Assembly (NCBI GenBank): GCA_051013385.1
Contig: CP143273.1
Coordinates: forward strand, 1,696,001 to 1,760,000
Length of the DNA: 64,000 nt
Origin: Phormidium sp.
GTDB taxonomy: Bacteria > Cyanobacteriota > Cyanobacteriia > Cyanobacteriales > Aerosakkonemataceae
Direction of reading: 5' to 3'
Under the pieces are notes generated by a model, which did not search any database, had not been told where the DNA came from, and was given only the letters and a program-made list of their open reading frames with translations. Shown here in pieces: positions 58,808 through 64,000 of the stretch; position 1 is the stretch's first letter, and each line of letters opens with the position of its first letter. The position numbers and the translations under genes are program-made.

Positions 58808-59317
58808 TTAGGAAGCAGTAGCGGGAGTCGCGGAAGTACCACTCAAAGCATCTTGCAATTTCTTTTCTGCATCAGGAGACAGAGAAGTTCGCAATACTGT
58901 GGCATGATATTTTGCTAGTTCTGGTAACACCTTTTCTGGTGTGGCTTTTCTGACTAAAACAAACAGCGCCGAGGTGCCAGGTTGCATCGACTGTGCCAAT
59001 TGTTTCATAAATTGGTCATTAACACCAATGTCCGATAAAGCACCACCAATCGCACCGGAAGCAGCACCCACAGCAGCACCCAAAATTGGCATTAAGAAAA
59101 GAGTACCAATCAACAAACCCCAAAAGCTACCACTAATTGCCCCGGTAGCGGTTAAGTCTACTGCTTGTTTCAGCTTAACTTTGCCTTCTTTGTTTTTAAC
59201 TACTACTGCGGCATCTTCTAAGTCAATTAAATGCTCTACTTGCATTTTAGCTAGGTCAAGGCGAGCTTCTTCCGCTTTATATTCGTCATCAAAACCAAGT
59301 ACAATTAATTCACTCAT
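58808..59317 (-). CDS. DUF1269 family membrane protein
   Basis: LEDAAVVVK...GSFWGLLIG.LF..P..GAAVGAASGA...DIGVND.F, PGTSALFVL. Confidence 0.88.
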   Translation of the reverse strand: MSELIVLGFDDEYKAEEARLDLAKMQVEHLIDLEDAAVVVKNKEGKVKLKQAVDLTATGAISGSFWGLLIGTLFLMPILGAAVGAASGAIGGALSDIGVNDQFMKQLAQSMQPGTSALFVLVRKATPEKVLPELAKYHATVLRTSLSPDAEKKLQDALSGTSATPATAS

Positions 59318-59552
59318 GATCTTTAAAAGACTCCTTGAGATTTGGTCTGGACAAAAACCGATTTTAGTTAGTAAGCCACCTAAAAAACATCTTTCATTTT
59401 GAGTAAATTTTGCTGTGTATTTGGAAAGACAAGGGGAGAAAAATCTAGTTTTTGTTCCCGGCTTAATTTTAGCCGCTATTTTTCTTAAGTTTAATGTAAA
59501 CTTAATAACTCTGCTTTTCTCATATTGTGCAATAGTAATATAATCCCTTGTA

Positions 59553-61355
59553 TTGTTTTACTCTATGTTCCTAATCACAACATCCACCAAAAGAAAGAAA
59601 AAGTCCCAGTCCACTAAGCCAGTTGCCCTTTCATCAGTAAACCAGAAAAATTTATTAAAAATTTTCTCTCTGGGTTGTATTTTAACTTTAGGTATGGTAT
59701 TTACAGCCTTAAAACCGAAACCAGTTTTAGGTGCCGAAACAATTTTTATATCTTATGGGCCTTTAGATTTTTCCTTGCCAGTAAGTTCTTTAGAAAAATT
59801 TGCTAAGACTGGGGAGGTCGATCGAGATTTAAGTTATTATGCTAGGTTTCTCGGAGAAGATGGTTTAGCCAATTTGCGGGAATTCTTGCAAAGACGTTTA
59901 GATATTAGTCCTGTTGTTGTGTCTCAACTAACGTATACACCTATTGGCGAACAACTACTGCAAAGATTAGGAACTGTGATTCGCACAGAAGGAAGATTAG
60001 ATGGTTTTTATGCACTGAGGGCAGCTTTAATTTTAGCAGCTGCTGACTCAGAAGGAATGACGATGATTAATATTATGCGAAAGTTTCCTACGTCGGGAAT
60101 TCGCATGGATGCTAATCAATTATTACAATTACAAAGACAATTTACTATACTTGTTAATTACCAAAGAGCAGCTGTAAGCGCAGTTACCCAAGCAACGGAA
60201 CAAGAAGCAAGAGAATCAAGTACTAAAGTTCCATTACCGAAAAATTTACAGCAACCAGGAAATTTTCGCTTTTCCCAACGGACATTACAATTAACTCGAA
60301 ATACTCAATCTTTAGGAAGAACTAATTTTTCCCATAGTTTTCGGGTGGAATTGTACATCCCAGAAGGGTTATCTCAACCTGCGCCAGTGGTGGTAATTTC
60401 TCATGGTTTAGGGTCCGATCCAAAAGCGTTTGCTTATTTGGGAGAACATTTAGCTTCTCATGGTTTTGTGGCGGTTTTACCGCAACATATTGGTAGTGAT
60501 GCTTCCATGAGACAAGCTTTACTTTTAGGAATAGCTAGAAGCAGTATCGATCGCAGGGAATTTGTCGATCGCCCATTAGATGTTAAGTATACTCTCGATG
60601 AATTAGAACGATTATCGCGATCGGAATTAGCCGGAAAAATGAATCTACAACAAGTTGCGGTAATTGGACATTCTTTTGGCGGTTATACTGCTTTAGCATT
60701 GGCAGGAGCAAAATTCAATCAAGCACGCATAGCACAAGAATGTAACAACCAACAAATCAGCCTCAATGCTTCTTATTTTTTACAATGTTTGGCGGTAGAT
60801 TTGCCTCCGGTGACTGAGAATTTAAGCGATCCGAGAATTAAAGCGGCGATCGCACTTAATCCTTTAACGAGTATAGTTTTTGGCCCTGAAGGTATGGGTG
60901 ATATCAAAATTCCTACCCTGATTTTAGGTGGGAGTGCTGATATTATTGCTTCGGTAGTTGAAGAACAAATTCAACCTTTTATTTGGATGAATAATCCCGA
61001 TAAATATCTATCAGTAATTATTAAGAGCGGTCACGCTGCTGCCGATCAATTTGATGGTACAGATCAAGAATCACAACCGAATACTTTGGGATTTTTATTG
61101 TCTGGGCGAGATCCTAAGTTAGCACGAGATTATATTAAAGGCTTAAGCTTAGTCTTTATCCAAGCTTATCTCAATGGTCGCTCAGAATATAAAGGTTTTC
61201 TTAATGCGGCTTATGCTCAATCTGTTAGTCGGGAACCGCTTAAACTAGATCTAATTCGTTCTTTAACTCCCGAACAATTAGAACAAGCTTTTGGTGGAAA
61301 AGCACCTATTCCGATTATTCCTGAACCGATAAATTCTGATAACCCCAGGCAATAA
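59553..61355 (+). CDS. DUF1400 alpha/beta hydrolase
   Basis: AETIFISYG, SHGLGS, GHSFGG nucleophile elbow; start codon uncertain. Confidence 0.9.
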   Translation: MFYSMFLITTSTKRKKKSQSTKPVALSSVNQKNLLKIFSLGCILTLGMVFTALKPKPVLGAETIFISYGPLDFSLPVSSLEKFAKTGEVDRDLSYYARFLGEDGLANLREFLQRRLDISPVVVSQLTYTPIGEQLLQRLGTVIRTEGRLDGFYALRAALILAAADSEGMTMINIMRKFPTSGIRMDANQLLQLQRQFTILVNYQRAAVSAVTQATEQEARESSTKVPLPKNLQQPGNFRFSQRTLQLTRNTQSLGRTNFSHSFRVELYIPEGLSQPAPVVVISHGLGSDPKAFAYLGEHLASHGFVAVLPQHIGSDASMRQALLLGIARSSIDRREFVDRPLDVKYTLDELERLSRSELAGKMNLQQVAVIGHSFGGYTALALAGAKFNQARIAQECNNQQISLNASYFLQCLAVDLPPVTENLSDPRIKAAIALNPLTSIVFGPEGMGDIKIPTLILGGSADIIASVVEEQIQPFIWMNNPDKYLSVIIKSGHAAADQFDGTDQESQPNTLGFLLSGRDPKLARDYIKGLSLVFIQAYLNGRSEYKGFLNAAYAQSVSREPLKLDLIRSLTPEQLEQAFGGKAPIPIIPEPINSDNPRQ

Positions 61356-61386
61356 TTTTTCACTTTCGTTAATTTAGGAGGAAAAA

Positions 61387-61644
61387 ATGGAGATCGATCG
61401 CCCTAATGCTCAAGAAGCAACTGCACAAGAGTTACAGCAATTAGAAAAACTCAAAGGTATCATTGAAAGAGCAATAGCAGATGGCAAAATTACTTCTGAT
61501 GAGTATCAAAGAATTAAATCAGAAATTTATGCTCATGGAAAAACTTCTGCCGATCAATTTTATCGGGAAATTGAATTGTACAGAAGTTTAGTTCAAGAAA
61601 AGCTAGAAAAAGGAGAGTTAGAGTACGAAGGGCCGGGAATGTAG
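61387..61644 (+). CDS. Hypothetical protein (85 aa)
   Basis: AGGAGG RBS; IERAIADGKIT motif. Confidence 0.75.
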   Translation: MEIDRPNAQEATAQELQQLEKLKGIIERAIADGKITSDEYQRIKSEIYAHGKTSADQFYREIELYRSLVQEKLEKGELEYEGPGM

Positions 61645-61667
61645 TTTAATAGTAGTCTAGTAATCTA

Positions 61668-61694
61668 GTAGGGTGCGTTAATAACGCACCTTAC
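61668..61694. repeat. GTAG-family short palindrome
   Basis: GTAGGGTGCGTTA-A-TAACGCACCTTAC. Confidence 0.75.
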
Positions 61695-61710
61695 ATATAA
61701 TCAGTGAATT

Positions 61711-62364
61711 ATGAATCTATCTGCATTCGATCAATTCTGGGAATTAGTTTGGGGATCGATCGCGCTTAAACCAGCGGCATTTCAACAGATAATTACTCTG
61801 AGTGATGGAGTATTATTAGCGTTGTTAATTGTGTTGTTAGCTGGGTTATCGAGGGCGAGCGGTCAAGGGATTGTTTTATTTCTCAATCGAGTTAAGCCCT
61901 TACGATATTTTTTAAGTTTATTAGTAGGGGCAATTTTGTTTGCTTCTAGTTACATTTTTTGGGTAGTCAGTACTTGGGTATTCAGCAGTTTAATCTTTCG
62001 GGAAAATACTTCTTTAATTTCCTTCGCTAGTACTTTAGGATTATCATATAGCCCTTTAATTTTAGGAATTTTCATTGCCTTGCCTTATCTGGGAGTGCCA
62101 ATTTCAATAATTCTTTCTGTCTGGAGTTTTTTAGCTTATTTGGTGGGCTTAAAAGTCGCATTTAGTAGTAATACTTGGGAAGCTTTTTGGGCGGGTGTAT
62201 TAGGTTGGGTTGTATTTGAAATATTACAGCGTACTATCGGTCGTCCGATCGCTTATATTGGTAAATGGTTAAAAACTTCTGTAGCCGGAGTTAACTTAGT
62301 TACTAGCCTTAAAGATGTAGAAGATATTTTAACCAAAGGAACGCAGTCAGCTAAAAACAAGTAA
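61711..62364 (+). CDS. Yip1-like multi-TM membrane protein
   Basis: About five TM segments; GQGIVLFLNRVKP, GLSYSP, LQRTIGRP. Confidence 0.75.
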   Translation: MNLSAFDQFWELVWGSIALKPAAFQQIITLSDGVLLALLIVLLAGLSRASGQGIVLFLNRVKPLRYFLSLLVGAILFASSYIFWVVSTWVFSSLIFRENTSLISFASTLGLSYSPLILGIFIALPYLGVPISIILSVWSFLAYLVGLKVAFSSNTWEAFWAGVLGWVVFEILQRTIGRPIAYIGKWLKTSVAGVNLVTSLKDVEDILTKGTQSAKNK

Positions 62365-62379
62365 AAAAATCAATAACTT

Positions 62380-64000
62380 ATGCCGAAAATTGCTAAGTTC
62401 ATCGCATTAGGATTAATAGGTTTATTACTGGCTGTACTATTTCCCCAATTACGCAACTTATGGCAAGTAGCTTACATGGCAATGGGGGCGACTTGGAGAT
62501 TAATCCTAGATATATTGACGATAACTTTAATAACCTTTATATTTGCAGGTTTATTAGTTCCTTTTGAAGCATTAGGTTGGTGGGCGGGATGGTACGGTGA
62601 GGAAGTAAACACTAATCTTCATCCCGGAGAATTAGTCGGAAATTTACCAACAGATACTTCAGCTTCGGGTTATGTAATTTATCTCGATGGCATTGCTCAA
62701 GCTAAATTTGAATACTTGGCAGACGCAACTAATTTTCTAGAAGAACTCGAAGCTGTTTTGCCAGACGATATTTTAATAATTAAAGGATTAATGCCCTATT
62801 CTCCAATAAATAGACCCCTGACAGAAAATGGTATTTTATCGTTTTTTTGGCGCTTTGTTGACCAGATTCAAGTATCAAAATCTGGGGGGATTATTGGGTT
62901 TTTAATGAGTTTAACAATTCAGTTACGTAATGTTATTGTAGTTGCTATTTCTGTAGATGGACGCTACGGCCCAATTTATAATCAGGGAACAGCCCAAGTC
63001 ATGTATAACAGCCTGATTAATCATGGTTATCAACCTGATAGTGCTGTACCAATTACATTAGTAGGATATAGTGGGGGGACACAAATTGCTTTAGCAGCAG
63101 CACCTTATTTAAAAAGAGCATTAAAAGCACCAATTGAGATAATTTCTATTTCCGGTGTCTTTAGTGGTAATAATAATATCCTAACCTTGGAACATTTTTA
63201 TCATTTTCTGGGCGACAAAGACATCTTAGAAAGATTGGGTGCAATTGTTTTTCCACAACGTTGGAAAATTGCCTTTTTATCCTATTGGAATCGAGCCAAA
63301 AAATATGGTAAAGTAACCATTACTTCTTTAGGGCCTGTGGGTCACAATGATGCTGGAGGGCCATTCGATCGCCACAAACATTTACCTGATGGTCGCAGTT
63401 ATTTTCAGCAAACTGTAGACTATGTGGCGGGGATTATTTTAGGCAATTCGCATTTAATTAAAGAAAGTTTTACCTGTAAAACTAGTAATTATGAGCTTTA
63501 TCAACAAGCTGAATTTAATCAACCCAGTTATTATCCGATTAATCAACAAGTAAACTCGGAAATTTATCGCCCGATCGCTAATTGGATGGGTCGATTAATT
63601 TTACCAACTCCCGAACAAAGAAAACAGGTAAAAGGTGTTTTGTTGGAAGTTTATCATGCTGAAGCTGGTTATCAAAATTTAGTTGGGCAAATTGTGAATT
63701 TGCGTTGGAGTAAAAATGCGATCGTCCAAGCATTAGTGCGTTCAGTAAAAAAAGATGTACATTTTAGTGAAGATACCAAATATAGTCAAAGACAAGGGGT
63801 GATTCATCCCGATCGCATCAATGGTTGGCGACAAGTAGATCCATTAGAATCTTTAGCAGGTTCTAGACCAAATGATGATGTAATTGTCAAGTTATCTGAA
63901 CCAATAGAAGTGCAGTTCCTAGTAGGAGAAAATCGCCCAACTTTAGTAATTTCTGAAGAACCAATCCAAATTACGGGACGCTTTTACGGATTAGTCAGAA
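62380..64000 (+). CDS. Large membrane-anchored protein of the cyanobacterial CAAX-protease-annotated family (3' end outside window; absent from ORF track)
   Basis: Frame appears open from ATG 62380 to the window end: PFEALGWWAGWYG, IYLDGI, GYSGG elbow, WMGRLILP, PIQITGRFYGLV. Confidence 0.8.
   Translation, partial: MPKIAKFIALGLIGLLLAVLFPQLRNLWQVAYMAMGATWRLILDILTITLITFIFAGLLVPFEALGWWAGWYGEEVNTNLHPGELVGNLPTDTSASGYVIYLDGIAQAKFEYLADATNFLEELEAVLPDDILIIKGLMPYSPINRPLTENGILSFFWRFVDQIQVSKSGGIIGFLMSLTIQLRNVIVVAISVDGRYGPIYNQGTAQVMYNSLINHGYQPDSAVPITLVGYSGGTQIALAAAPYLKRALKAPIEIISISGVFSGNNNILTLEHFYHFLGDKDILERLGAIVFPQRWKIAFLSYWNRAKKYGKVTITSLGPVGHNDAGGPFDRHKHLPDGRSYFQQTVDYVAGIILGNSHLIKESFTCKTSNYELYQQAEFNQPSYYPINQQVNSEIYRPIANWMGRLILPTPEQRKQVKGVLLEVYHAEAGYQNLVGQIVNLRWSKNAIVQALVRSVKKDVHFSEDTKYSQRQGVIHPDRINGWRQVDPLESLAGSRPNDDVIVKLSEPIEVQFLVGENRPTLVISEEPIQITGRFYGLVR

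Overview
A 64 kb chromosomal window from a filamentous cyanobacterium, probably Oscillatoriales-like. The evidence is abundant HIP1 octamers (GCGATCGC), GUN4, DUF928, DUF2949, Uma2 and DUF1400 genes, and typical short dispersed repeats. Housekeeping and signalling genes are dps, obgE, two PAS kinases, a GH31 glucosidase, eno, an RND pump, an MgsA-DAGK fusion and hydrolases. They are interleaved with three accessory loci. (1) 7-29 kb: a ProcM-type LanM, a single Nif11-leader precursor with a protein-sized 93-aa core containing one Cys, and an NHLP/C39 export trio, interdigitated with a haemagglutinin-CHAT-CHASE2/GGDEF/EAL-DUF928 module. (2) 34-38.4 kb: five two-gene toxin-antitoxin(-like) cassettes separated by homologous linkers built from HIP1 sites and shuffled 13-19 bp modules, resembling an integrase-free cassette array. 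(3) 44-50 kb: a four-gene vWA / J-domain membrane protein / unknown / VirD4-like ATPase operon, next to a second TA patch. I found no rRNA, tRNA, CRISPR array or transposase. All family calls come from recognising motifs by eye; no database searches were run.
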